From: Chiloscyllium plagiosum
Taxonomy: Eukaryota
Direction: 5' to 3'
Assembly (NCBI RefSeq): GCF_004010195.1
Contig: NC_057754.1
Location: 7,223,906-7,287,905 of the forward strand
DNA length: 64,000 nucleotides
Of the stretch, positions 53,101-61,465 are shown in pieces (within the stretch, counting starts at the first letter, position 1; each line of letters starts with the position of its first letter). The notes under the pieces were generated by a model. The model was given only the letters and a program-made list of their open reading frames with translations, ran no database searches and was not told the DNA's origin. Position numbers and translations under genes: made by a program.

Positions 53101-54702
53101 TGATCTGGCAAAAGCAGCAACTTTAAATTCTAGCTACTGTTATATCCTCCAGTTTACCAGCAAATCAGTAATCTTCACAGATGTGCTACATGGATGAGTC
53201 ACCCTGGACTCTCTCCTTACTCATCGAATTTTCCATTGTTCTCTTTATCACCTTATCCAAACTCACTATTAGCACCTCCTTAGGTACAATCTTATACTAT
53301 CGAAATCAGCCACTGTTAATTACTGTTGACACAACAGTCTGGAAGTCAGAAAGATTTCAAAACTGTTTGCCTTTGCAGAACATTAATTATACGTGCATCT
53401 TGGGCAAAACTACTAAATTTGCTCAACATATGACCAGTTAGCATTCTGGGCAATCTTCAAGAAAACAGCATGGACATTCGAGACTACATTTCCTTCCTGA
53501 CTGGTGTCAATGGTGACCTGCATTTGGGTGGCAGGAAGCTAAACAAAAGAGCTTGGCCATCTTTAGTTTCGAGATACCCCAGAGTAAATTGGTTTTGCAG
53601 GCCCAAGCACTGCCCAAGTTTCAAACTGAAGGAAGCAGATCAATCACCCAGCCCCACAAGTATGTGGCCTTATTGAGTGATCTGTAATGTGGATTTGTTT
53701 GTCTGGACCTTAACCTTGCCTCCAAGTCCTGGAAGTCTTGATAGTCCAGGCAAATTTCCATAATCTGTTTCACTAGCCTCATGCAAAGTTAAAGGCTGCT
53801 CCCTCTCCTGACTGTGCGGAGCAATGCAATAGAAGGATTTTAAGTGGTTGTCTTATGGAAGGAACAAATTCAGCCTGGGTGTCTTCGACGTGTTTCACAG
53901 AGGACAGAGGACGTAGAGCAAAGACAGGGTACAGCCTTGGCTTGGCACCCGCACCCACAACTAGTCACTCAAATGTCAGATCTGCCAAGACTTCTGCAGC
54001 CACGTCTGCGAGCATCCATTGCAAAGTACAGGGAAAGGTGATCGGGGTAAATGGAATTATGCATAAACAAGCACAGAATAATGGACGGCCAGAGACCAGG
54101 AGGGGAGGGCTGAGGAAGATATAGCAATGCATCATTAATTTTGTACAGTTGAAATTTTAGCTTTAGATTTTTTGTTTCACGGTAATAATAGAGATAATAA
54201 AGAAAGTCTGTTTGTAACGATGTGTAAACCTCCTACCAATCCCAACATAAAGATAAATGACTAAACTTCAACATGGTCTCTTAGTCCCCATTGGTGGAAA
54301 TAATGGAAACAATGCTTGTGAAATTCTCAAGCCAAAACATTTTTGGTGCTAACATTAAGCTGAAGATAACTCCTCTTATTCCAAAGTGAATTTGAGGATC
54401 ATCAGATCAGCCAGGATCACACTCAGTAGTGGAGCAGACTCGGCTGTGAAATGGCAAGCCCCTCATGGTATCATTAACAGTGTAATAAATGCAGATTGCT
54501 ACTCACAATCGTGACCGTGGCGACTCATGATCATTCATAGTCACATCGCCATCATCATCCTCGAACCGCGACCGTGGGTTGGGTCCTCCACTGCCTCGAT
54601 TCCTAGATTTGTGACTTCCCTCGCTGTACATCTTACCCCGGAATGGACCGCGTCCTTTCTTTTTCCGAAATGGAAAACCACCCCCAACTCGGTCGTCATG
54701 TT
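8061..54702 (-). CDS. NXF1: Nuclear RNA export factor 1 (TAP), spliced CDS exons 2-21 (exon 1 outside the window or not found)
   Basis: 20 GT-AG bounded exons join in frame (1838 nt) and give the N-terminal Arg-rich/PY-NLS region, RRM, LRR, NTF2-like and UBA domains in the order and with the motifs of vertebrate NXF1. Confidence 0.98.
9149..9209 (-). CDS. NXF1: NXF1 exon 20 ([20 protein letters not shown])
   Basis: 61 nt, cctgcag / gtaagt; UBA domain. Confidence 0.97.
10922..11235 (-). mobile_element. tRNA-derived SINE (HE1-like)
   Basis: Minus-strand head GGCACGGTGGCTCAGTG..ACTGCTGCCTCACAG..GGTTCGATTCC (A/B boxes) and 3' tail CTGTAGGGATTCTATGA shared with the other copies. Confidence 0.9.
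13311..13640 (+). mobile_element. tRNA-derived SINE (HE1-like)
   Basis: ctcagtggttagcactgctgcctcacag head; same body as the other copies; gggattctatga tail. Confidence 0.88.
13874..14056 (-). CDS. NXF1: NXF1 exon 19 ([61 protein letters not shown])
   Basis: 183 nt, acag / gtgagt; end of NTF2-like domain, linker, start of UBA. Confidence 0.97.
14297..14500. mobile_element. Penelope-derived palindromic element (P1 variant)
   Basis: Inverted arms; 15-bp direct repeat tgctgcatactttct at 14282-14296 and 14501-14515; CTGATGAAGGGCTTTTGCCTGAAACGTC core on the plus strand. Confidence 0.8.
14638..14710 (-). CDS. NXF1: NXF1 exon 18 ([24 protein letters not shown])
   Basis: 73 nt, cacag / gtaagt. Confidence 0.96.
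14810..14852 (-). CDS. NXF1: NXF1 exon 17 ([14 protein letters not shown])
   Basis: 43 nt, tttcag / gtgcgt. Confidence 0.95.
15189..15556. mobile_element. Nested Penelope-derived palindromes: P1 element (about 15255-15456) inserted in a P2 element
   Basis: Inner direct repeat caccaggt(a/t)atag at 15242-15254 and 15457-15469; outer direct repeat g(t/c)gtccaaataa; both elements have inverted arms. Confidence 0.8.
15718..15890 (-). mobile_element. CR1-like LINE 3' end fragment
   Basis: Similar to the 3' ends at 25356, 45001 and 49143. Confidence 0.7.
16770..17270 (+). mobile_element. Penelope-derived inverted element (family P2) with hammerhead core
   Basis: Inverted arms about 16773-16929 and 17057-17229; 12-bp direct repeat tgtaatttcatg at 16758-16769 and 17271-17282. 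Confidence 0.85.
17146..17180 (+). ncRNA. Minimal type I hammerhead ribozyme motif (Penelope pLTR type)
   Basis: CAC-CUGAUGA-A-GGAGC-GUC-GCUCC-GAAA-GCUA-GUG: stem I CAC/GUG, 5-bp stem II, palindromic loop-less stem III (AGCU), predicted cut after A17177. Confidence 0.7.
17338..18745 (-). mobile_element. CR1-like LINE fragment (RT C-terminal part and 3' end), interrupted by a P1 palindrome at about 17549-17744
   Basis: ORF 18384..18743 has RT motifs ([35 protein letters not shown]). The inner element is flanked by the ctgaaaaaaacttgc direct repeat. Confidence 0.9.
19182..19379. mobile_element. Penelope-derived palindromic element (P2 variant)
   Basis: Inverted arms gtcagaag..ccaggtt..agtccaacaggtttatttgaaatc; decayed hammerhead core at about 19256-19290. 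Confidence 0.75.
19676..20110 (-). mobile_element. 5'-truncated HE1-like SINE with an internal unit of about 53 bp expanded to 5-6 tandem copies
   Basis: Repeated catccctgaacactatgggacaatttagcacggccaatccaccctaacctg; SINE tail at 19676. Confidence 0.85.
21809..21924 (-). CDS. NXF1: NXF1 exon 16 ([38 protein letters not shown])
   Basis: 116 nt, tcatag / gtaagt. Confidence 0.97.
23827..23955. mobile_element. Short P1-type palindromic element, core deleted
   Basis: Inverted arms; direct repeat gctgcctcc at 23818-23826 and 23956-23964. Confidence 0.75.
25356..25720 (-). mobile_element. CR1-like LINE 3' fragment
   Basis: ORF 25430..25621 ([25 protein letters not shown]) is the typical CR1 ORF2 C-terminus. 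Confidence 0.9.
25795..25853 (-). CDS. NXF1: NXF1 exon 15 ([19 protein letters not shown])
   Basis: 59 nt, aagcag / gtaagt; phase matches both neighbours. Confidence 0.95.
26256..26391. mobile_element. Tc1/mariner-pogo (Tigger-like) MITE
   Basis: Terminal inverted repeats CAGAGGAACCTGAATTATCC / CAGAGGAACTTTGATTATCT flanked by TA on both sides (26254-26255, 26392-26393). Confidence 0.7.
26871..26978 (-). CDS. NXF1: NXF1 exon 14 ([36 protein letters not shown])
   Basis: 108 nt, tttgtag / gtttgt; NTF2-like domain. Confidence 0.97.
27255..27763 (+). mobile_element. CR1-like LINE 3' fragment
   Basis: Reverse-complement similar to 45001-45598 and 49143-49700; ctctatgactct tail. Confidence 0.9.
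28160..28615 (-). mobile_element. CR1-like LINE 3' fragment (different subfamily)
   Basis: ORF 28288..28476 ([24 protein letters not shown]); (TTCTATG)n-type tail. Confidence 0.85.
30086..30141 (-). CDS. NXF1: NXF1 exon 13 ([19 protein letters not shown])
   Basis: 56 nt, ttttaacag / gtaagt. Confidence 0.96.
31757..31825 (-). CDS. NXF1: NXF1 exon 12 ([23 protein letters not shown])
   Basis: 69 nt, ctatag / gtatgg. Confidence 0.97.
32200..32236 (-). CDS. NXF1: NXF1 exon 11, the 37-nt cassette exon ([12 protein letters not shown])
   Basis: 37 nt, ttgacag / gtaagt. Confidence 0.97.
33001..33152 (+). mobile_element. P1 Penelope-derived insertion inside intron 10, hammerhead core on the plus (antisense) strand only
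   Basis: 10-bp direct repeat cttcacagtg at 32991-33000 and 33153-33162; core CTGAAGAAGGGCTCATGCCCGAAACGTC starting at 33029. Confidence 0.85.
34658..34744 (-). promoter_or_regulatory. Constitutive transport element (CTE) RNA stem-loop, NXF1-binding
   Basis: Sense RNA GGUCAGUG-AAGAA-GACUG-GUUA-GCC-AGUGAC-GGGU-AAGA-UUCCUC-GAGC-GAGGAA-CA-ACCU-AAGACA-GGC-A-CAGUC-GUG-CAUUGGCC has nested stems. Its internal-loop strands match the MPMV/SRV CTE motifs GCCAAUGACGGGUAAGA and AACCUAAGACAGG as I recall them. Confidence 0.93.
35316..35460 (-). CDS. NXF1: Intron-10 read-through tail of a putative short NXF1 isoform (48 aa, then TAA)
   Basis: In-frame continuation of exon 10: [48 protein letters not shown]. 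Confidence 0.5.
35461..35570 (-). CDS. NXF1: NXF1 exon 10, the 110-nt cassette exon ([37 protein letters not shown])
   Basis: 110 nt, gttcag / gtcagt; LRR. Confidence 0.97.
36756..36863 (-). CDS. NXF1: NXF1 exon 9 ([36 protein letters not shown])
   Basis: 108 nt, ttttacag / gtgagt; LRR. Confidence 0.97.
37158..37246 (-). CDS. NXF1: NXF1 exon 8 ([30 protein letters not shown])
   Basis: 89 nt, gctcag / gtatgc. Confidence 0.97.
38114..38183 (-). CDS. NXF1: NXF1 exon 7 ([23 protein letters not shown])
   Basis: 70 nt, tttgcag / gtatga; the NAGNAG acceptor allows a 3-nt shift. Confidence 0.95.
39302..39382 (-). CDS. NXF1: NXF1 exon 6 ([27 protein letters not shown])
   Basis: 81 nt, ccttcag / gtaagg. 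Confidence 0.96.
39978..40082 (-). CDS. NXF1: NXF1 exon 5 ([35 protein letters not shown])
   Basis: 105 nt, ttccacag / gtatgt; RRM. Confidence 0.97.
41873..42190 (+). mobile_element. tRNA-derived SINE (HE1-like)
   Basis: gtggctcagtggttagc..gctgcctcacagcgcc..ggttcgattcc head. Confidence 0.9.
43040..43235. mobile_element. P2-type Penelope-derived fragment
   Basis: Shares the cttccaaataaacctgttg..tttttaactttgtacaccccagtccaacac end with 17181-17270, and an internal segment with 56700-56780. Confidence 0.7.
45001..45598 (-). mobile_element. CR1-like LINE 3' fragment nested in an older LINE remnant (continuing to about 46145)
   Basis: Very similar to 49143-49740; tcatagagtcatagag tail. Confidence 0.88.
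46486..46569 (-). CDS. NXF1: NXF1 exon 4 ([28 protein letters not shown])
   Basis: 84 nt, ctctttag / gtagga. Confidence 0.97.
47198..47342 (-). CDS. NXF1: NXF1 exon 3 ([48 protein letters not shown])
   Basis: 145 nt, cctcag / gtagga; completes the PY-NLS (RSRFTPY) and starts the RRM (WFKIT). Confidence 0.96.
47990..48281. repeat. Local templated duplication: 65-bp direct repeat enclosing a 164-bp copy of 48737-48900
   Basis: 47990-48054 equals 48217-48281; 48053-48216 matches 48737-48900 with 3 substitutions. Confidence 0.92.
49143..50358 (-). mobile_element. CR1-like (HER1-type) LINE, 3' 1.2 kb of ORF2
   Basis: ORFs 49146..49727 and 49742..49957 ([39 protein letters not shown]). Confidence 0.93.
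50481..50594. mobile_element. Short P1-type palindrome, core deleted
   Basis: Inverted arms gttgaaactttattgctggaacagcacagca; flanking direct repeat caataaaggacctgg. Confidence 0.75.
50908..51102 (+). mobile_element. Young CR1-like LINE 3' end
   Basis: CpG-retaining, ttctttacccagagagtggtg..tggaatgcgctgcc, ends in (ttctatg)n. Confidence 0.85.
51878..51945 (-). mobile_element. P2 fragment with a hammerhead core on the NXF1 sense strand
   Basis: Minus strand reads UCAC-CUGAUGA-A-GGAGCAGCACUCU-GAAA-GCUU-GUGA. Confidence 0.65.
52570..52866 (-). mobile_element. HE1-like SINE (5' truncated)
   Basis: Body and tail shared with the other SINE copies. Confidence 0.85.
54507..54702 (-). CDS. NXF1: NXF1 exon 2 ([65 protein letters not shown])
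   Basis: 196 nt, attccag / gtgagt; [10 protein letters not shown] basic motif of NXF1. Confidence 0.97.
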
Positions 54703-54749
54703 CTGGAATAAAACAGGCAAACTTTTAAGTACAAATGCATTACCTGGGA

Positions 54750-55072
54750 GATACGGTGGTTTTGTCATCAGCACTGCTGCCTCAAAGCGCCAGGGACCTG
54801 AGTTCACTTTCACTCTCAAATAACTATGTGAAGTTTGCACATTCACCAAGTGTCTGCATGGGTTTCTTCCGGGTGCTCCGGTTTCCTCCCACAGTCCAAA
54901 GATGTGCAGGTTAGGTGGATTGGCCATGTTAAGTTGCCCATGGTCTCCAGAGATGTTTAGGCTGGGTTGGTTAGCCATGAGAAATGCAGAGTTACAGGTG
55001 GGTCTGGTAGGATGTTGTTCAGAAGGTTGGTGTGAACTCGATGGGCCTGCATCCACACTGTCGGGATTTTAT
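54750..55072 (+). mobile_element. tRNA-derived SINE (HE1-like)
   Basis: agcactgctgcctca..gcgccagggacc head and conserved body. Confidence 0.85.
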
Positions 55073-56631
55073 GAAAAATTATTATTCAAAGGGTGGTCTG
55101 GATTGTTTAAGTTTTCTAATTATGTCACTTTAGCAGCAGCTATTCTGTCTCGTGCCCTTAATAGAATTTCTCCAAAAATGCTCAAAAAACCCTCAAACGT
55201 AACTTGAACTGACAAAAACAGCTTTCCTGCATGTCCTTAATGGCCTTCAATTCTAAAAATCAAGGAGGACTTAGTTTCTGTGCTCAGAACCACAGAATGG
55301 CTATAAAACAGCCACTTGGTCCTTTATTTGTGCTAGGTCTGCAAAACAGCAACTTACCTAAAAGCATTCAATAGCTGATCTGAAGCTGGGCAATACACTA
55401 GATTTTACAACTGAAGGCTTCAGAAGAAAATCAGGTAGATTGCTCTGTTAGCAGATTGCCAGAAAATACCTTTTGTTTAGCTATCACAAGAAAGTATGAG
55501 GGTGCGTGGCTCAGATCGTCTAAACAATAGATCGGCTTAGTGTTTACCAGCAAAAAATGTTACTCAACACCGGAAGGTTATTACCAAACTAAAATCCAAC
55601 CAACAGTCAGAAACCCCTCATGACAGGAAGGAGAGGATGCCTAAAATTATGGTGGTAGCATAGAATCAGCAAACGCAATTATATTAGTTTATGTAGCAAT
55701 AGGTCAACTATATAATCAGAAGTAGTACATACAATAACGCAGAACTTTCATTCATCACCAGAAAGGAAGAGAGATGTGTGCAGTCAGCTTTGTGATCCCA
55801 TTGTTGCAGAAATCCCCAGCAGGGGCCAGTATCTCCAAGTAGTTCTAGGGGCATTCCAGCAGTAATTTCAGGTCTGCTTTTAAACTGTGTAAATCCCTAT
55901 GACAGGGCCAGCAACCAACAATACCTGGTTCTGAAGCAGAAGGCTACAACTCAAGAACAAGTCTGGCATTGGAAAGGATTTGTAAAAGAAAAATGTGGAT
56001 TTAATACAAATATTATATAAAAGCAACTAATGGGGACCAGTTTGTCACCAAAGTCTTAACGGGGAAAAAGAGGAGAAACATATATAGAGTTCAATATTTT
56101 ACCTTTTCGGAAATACTAATCAAACACAAACCAATGAAATTATCATCTAATGTCATAAGCCAGTCTATGTGCTTGAACAGTTACAGAGTTGACTGAAGTT
56201 AACTTACAACTTTCAAATGATTTGCATTATCTTTCAAAAGCCATGAATATTCAGATTTAAAGTGACCTCCAATTGATTGCCTTCATGTTCACTACTGAAT
56301 TCATCCTTTTCACATACACACCAGCAAGGTTACCAGTTAGTCTGATGATCTGTACGTCTTGTTATTTTTAGATGGGAATAAGGGTTAGTTGGAGCCCTCT
56401 CCTCTCTAAGCCACAAAGTTGGGTTATCAGGACCCACTGCAATCATAACACATGACTTGGGCCATCGTCAGTTTTATTAATTGTGATTGGTGACAAGTTT
56501 GGTGTTTCAACGCATCTGACCCGAACTGCCTTACCTGAAGTGCCATTTTTGATTCAAGGATTAAACCAAAGTGACATAAGCTGCCAGTAAAAGATATCAC
56601 AATACAACAAGAGGAGAAACAGGATGAAATA

Positions 56632-56855
56632 AACAAGTTTATTTGAAAGCTCTAGCTTTCAGAGCGCCGCTCCTTCTTCAGGTGTTTTTAATGTAGGATT
56701 TACATGTGATGTCACACACAAAGGCAGTACCTGCTGCACATGCAGTTTTGAAATGAGGTTTAGTGGTGGGAAGAAGGGGTGCTTCCAAATAAACCTGTTG
56801 GACTATAATCTGGTGTTGTGTGATTTTTAACTTTGTACAACGCAGTCTAACACCA
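56632..56855. mobile_element. P2-type Penelope-derived inverted element
   Basis: Inverted arms; the minus strand reads CAC-CUGAAGA-A-GGAGCGGCGCUCU-GAAA-GCUA at about 56650-56684. Confidence 0.7.
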
Positions 56856-57789
56856 AAACAGGATGCTGTCTGTCTTTTCAGTCAATATTTATCCCTCACA
56901 CTTTAGCTAGTCTTTTAACTTATTGCTGCTTGGTGTATACAAATTAGTTGTTCATTTCATTGCATTGCAATAGTGACTACACTACAAAAACATTTCACTA
57001 GCTGAGTGCGCTTTGGTATGAATGGAGGGTATAAAAGGAGTTTAATTCCTAAACCAAAAAAATGGCACATCCAGTAACGCACTAGTACATAAATTTAACA
57101 CAGCAGACCTGAAGAATCTATCACCAATCACAATTAATAAAACAGTGACAAGGAGTTCAAAGTGTTTGGATAAAAACAGAAGTGGATGATATAGGAAGGC
57201 ATTGCAGTCTTAACCACACAGAAACAATTTTTCCTGCTTTCATGCTACATGTACTACCCATCTACTTCATGAAGATAACAAAATGGTAAGCCATTCTTAT
57301 TAGCAACCAATAGACCATGTTGGAAGGATACCTGTGGCCATTAGCTAAGGTTAAAATGTTTGTATCGACTCCTCTGCAGTGCAATAACCAGCCATCATTT
57401 CTGATCCAGACTTAGAGAGGGAAGTACAGACAATAGAAAAAAGGGTTGCTAAGTTTAAAGAGCATCACTGCATTGTGACATAGCACTCCCAAAAGAGGTG
57501 AAGGCACAAAGCTGAAGCAAACAAAATTATGGAGTCTCATGACAGTGACCAGATGTTTCGACATTAGAATTTGCTCAATTATATCTTACATCCAGGTATT
57601 TTGAAGAGTTAGCAACATTTCATTTCTTAAAACTGTAAGCAGCCTCACAAAACAAGCTGAATTAGTTTGAAAAGAAAAGGGAAGTTTGTTAGTTTCGCAA
57701 ATGATGTAATTTGAATTCAAAATCTGAAATGAAAATCTAATAGGAGCCATGCAGCCTTTAATACATATCTGATTCAATGATATTCTTTG

Positions 57790-60390
57790 GGAAACAAATC
57801 TGTCACGCTGATCCAGCCTGACCACGTGATTCCAGACCCACAGCAATTACTTAACTGCTCTCTGAAATCTCTGGCAAGCCACTCAGTTGTAACTGCTACA
57901 AAGTCTAAAGAAAATAAATTAAATCAGACAGACAGACCACAAGACCTCGACATAGGCACCATCAACCCAGCAGATGGTGGCAACTTAATGGCATACATTT
58001 GGGAAGAGAATTGTCTGGGAATCCTCAACATTTGAGAACCAAGTCTCACTGCATCAGGTCAAGCATGACCATGGAAATCCATCCCGTTGGCGGAGGAATC
58101 AGCACCCCCCCCCCCCCCGCCCCGGAAGAAGCACTAAGAGTGGCAAAGATACAGGATATACTCGAGACTAAATCCTGACCTCACAATGAGAATAGCTTCC
58201 ACTATGCTCTGTGGCACTATCACTATGCTAAATGAGACAGGCTAATAGATTTAACAAATCATGGTCCACAATGCCTCATGGATACCTAGCCACAACTTGT
58301 AACTTTATGGCCAGTCGGGCATTCTCTCATTCTATTGCATCAAGATGGGAAATCAACTTTGGTTCAATGAAGCATGCAGGAGGGCAGGCAAAGAGCAGAA
58401 CCAGCATATCTAAAAGTGCAGCATCAATCTGACGAAGAAACAACATAATGTATTTTCATGACAGAAAGTGAAAGCAGCATGCAATTGACAGCACTTCTAC
58501 AACTAACAGATCAAATTTAAGCTCTGCAGTCCTGCCACATCCGAATCATGGATGATGCTTGATAATTAAACAAGTAATAGGAGACAGAGGCCCCACAAAT
58601 ATCTCAATCCCGAGCAATGGGGAAACCACACTTCAGTATAAAAGACAAGGTTGGAACATTTGCGACTGAAGTGGCAAATGAAAGATTCGTGTCAACTTCC
58701 ACCTGAAGCCCCTAGTATCACGGATTCGGGTCTTCAACCAATTCAATTCAGGCCATGTGATATCAAGAAATCGCTCAAAGCATTTGATACTGCAATGGCT
58801 GTGGACCCTGAGAAGATACAGCAATAGAACTAAAGACTTGCGCTCAACAAACAGCTGCACCCCAACCCAGCCATTTCAGTCCAGTGGCATTTACCTAATA
58901 AGGGGGAAAATTGCCCATGTATATTAGATTACTAGATTACTTAGTGTGGAAACAGGCCCTTCGGCCCAACAAGTCCACACCGACCCACCGAAGCGCACCC
59001 ACCCAGACCCATTCCCCTACATTTACCCCTGCATCTAACACTACGGACAATTTAGCATGGCTAATTCACCTGACCTGCACATTTTTGGACTGTGGGAGGA
59101 AACCGGAGCACCCGGAGGAAACCCACGCAGACATGGGGAGAATGTCTGTCTGGAGTTTGCACAGTCGCCTGAGGCAGGAATTGAACCCAGGTCTCTGGTG
59201 CTGTGAGGCAGCAGTGCTAACCACTGTGACATTGTACACAATAAGCAGGGCAATTTCAACTGGCCAATTACCAGACTCTCAATCATCTAGGTGAGGGAAG
59301 GGTTCATCAACAGTGCTATCAAGCAGCAACTTGCGAAAGAAAACCTTGCTCAATGATGCTTAGCCTGGGTCCTTCAGGTTCACTTAATTCCTGACTTCTA
59401 TACTTTAAGACTGCATATGGCATAAAGGAATTCCAGCAAAGCTAGCATCAATGCAAATCAAGGGGAAAGCTCCTTGTTGGTTAGAATCATATCTGGCATA
59501 ATAGAAGATAGTTATAGTTGTTGGAGTTCAATCATCTCAGCTGCTAGATTTCTCTGCACGAGTTCCTCAGGTTAACTGCTCAGCCCTACCACCTTTAGTT
59601 TTTTAATAAATGACTATACTATAACGTCAGACGTGGGTACGTTTGTTGATGTTTATCCAATGTTCAATTCAATGCACCATTCACAATACATAAAACCCAG
59701 ACAATATCCAGTATTGCACAAGTGGCAAGTAACATTTATGAGATACAAGTGCAAGGCAATGATCACCTCCAACAAGAAAAAAATCTATTAACCACTCCTT
59801 GATATTCAAATACAATAGGATCACTGAATCACCCTCACTGTCAACATTCTAAAGGATGACATCGACCAGACTTGAACTGGTTCACACATGCATACTGTGG
59901 CTGCAAAAGCATGATTCACCTGTATCCCCATAGCCTATCCACTGTCTACAAGACACAGGAGTGTGATGGAATTCTCCCCCACTTGCCTGGAGGGGTGCAG
60001 CTCCAACAACACTCAAAAAGCTTGACACAATCCAGGATAGAGCAGCCCACTTCACTTGCATCTCATTCGCCACCACCAGCACTCACGGTGGATCATTTAC
60101 AAGATGCACTGCAGTAGGCAATGCTCCTCTGGCAGCACCTTCCAAACCTGTGAACACTGCCATCTAGAAGGACAAAGGCAGCAGACGCATGGGAATACCA
60201 CCACTGCAAGTTCCCCTCCAAACCATACAATGACATGACCGTTTCTTCGCAGTCACTGGAACAAAATCCTGGAAATCCCTTCCTAACACCACAGTGGGTC
60301 TCTCCAACACAGGAACAGCAGTTCAGGATGACAGTTTAGCACCACTTTCTCCAGGGCAAATAGAGATATGCAATAAACGCTGACCTAGAT
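57790..60390 (+). mobile_element. Old, decayed non-LTR retrotransposon remnant, interrupted by a SINE
   Basis: Degenerate RT-like stretches (gagttcctcagg.., tttgttgatg) and a 3' region similar to 45610-46145 and 20290-20500. Confidence 0.6.
58926..59230 (-). mobile_element. tRNA-derived SINE (HE1-like)
   Basis: Minus-strand head CAGTGGTTAGCACTGCTGCCTCACAGCACCAG..GGTTCAATTCC. Confidence 0.9.
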
Positions 60391-60857
60391 AATGAAGCTC
60401 CCAAAAACATTGTTTTTTTTTCCTGAGATCTAACTACTCGCAGAGGTTTCATTGTTACCTTGGCTCAGTTACAAGCCTACGAATTAGAGCCTCAGATCTG
60501 CTCCTCTATTTGATAAGATCATCGATGGTCAGATCGTAGTCTCAACGCGACCTTTCTGTCAACCCCATAGTCTTACTCCCCATCAGAAGCAAAAATCTAG
60601 CTAACCTAGCATTATTCAACGACCCTGCCTCCATTCTTGTCTGGGTAAAAGAGTTCAACAGATCAACAAACCTGAGATAAAAAAAATTTGCCTCGCCATC
60701 TGAAAAAAAAACCCTTATTTTTGAAAGTGGGTCCCTAACCCACATTTATGATCATCCAGGATCTTATATGTTGAAGAAAGATCATCTCTCATTCTTCTAA
60801 ACACCAATGGATACTGGCAATGCCTTTCCAACCTCTAAGGGGATTAAATGTGAAACG

Positions 60858-61465
60858 GATGTGTTCGCCATGCTGGGAAGTTGATTTGCAGAAATTTTGT
60901 CCCTAGTCTAGGTGACATCTTTAGAGCTTTGGAGCCTCCTGTGAAGCACTGCTGTACAGTCTCTTCCGAAATTTATTTGGTTCCATTTCTGCTGCTTCCA
61001 GTTGCTTGTTGTAGTGGCCGGTATATTGGCTGGTCTACATCAATGTGCTTTTTGATGGAGTCCGTGGATGAGTGCTATGTTTCTAGAAATTATCTGGCTG
61101 TCCTAAGCTTAGCTTGTCCTATGATCATTAAGTTATCCCACTCAAATTTGTGGTCCTTGTCATCAGTATGTATGGCTACTAGGTACAGCTGGTCATGGCA
61201 TTTCGTGGCTAGTTGGTGTTTGTGGATGCAGATTGCTAGTTACCTGTTTGTCCTTTATAGTGTTTCGTACAGTGTTTGCTTGGAATCCTGTAAAATGCGT
61301 TAGTCCTGCACATGATGGGTATAGGGTCTTTTGACTTGGTGAGCACTGAAGACATCACCTAGATAAAGGGATAAAACGCCTGCAAAACAACTCCCCAGCT
61401 TGGCAAATATACCCAAAACCATGACAATTGGCACCTGAGGTACAAACCTAAAGTAAACATGAAAA
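60858..61465 (-). mobile_element. Penelope-like element fragment: decayed GIY-YIG endonuclease end plus pLTR, with an inverted pLTR copy
   Basis: Minus strand translates, with a frameshift and stops, to YRIPSKHCTKHYKGQTG / LAICIHKHQLATKCHDQLYLVAIHTDDKDHKFEWDNLMIIGQAKLRTAR*FLET*HS. Region 60870-60930 is repeated in inverted form at about 61343-61400. Confidence 0.8.

Noticed and set aside
54541..55056. 171-aa minus-strand ORF
   Set aside because: SINE sequence joined to an alternative frame of NXF1 exon 2.
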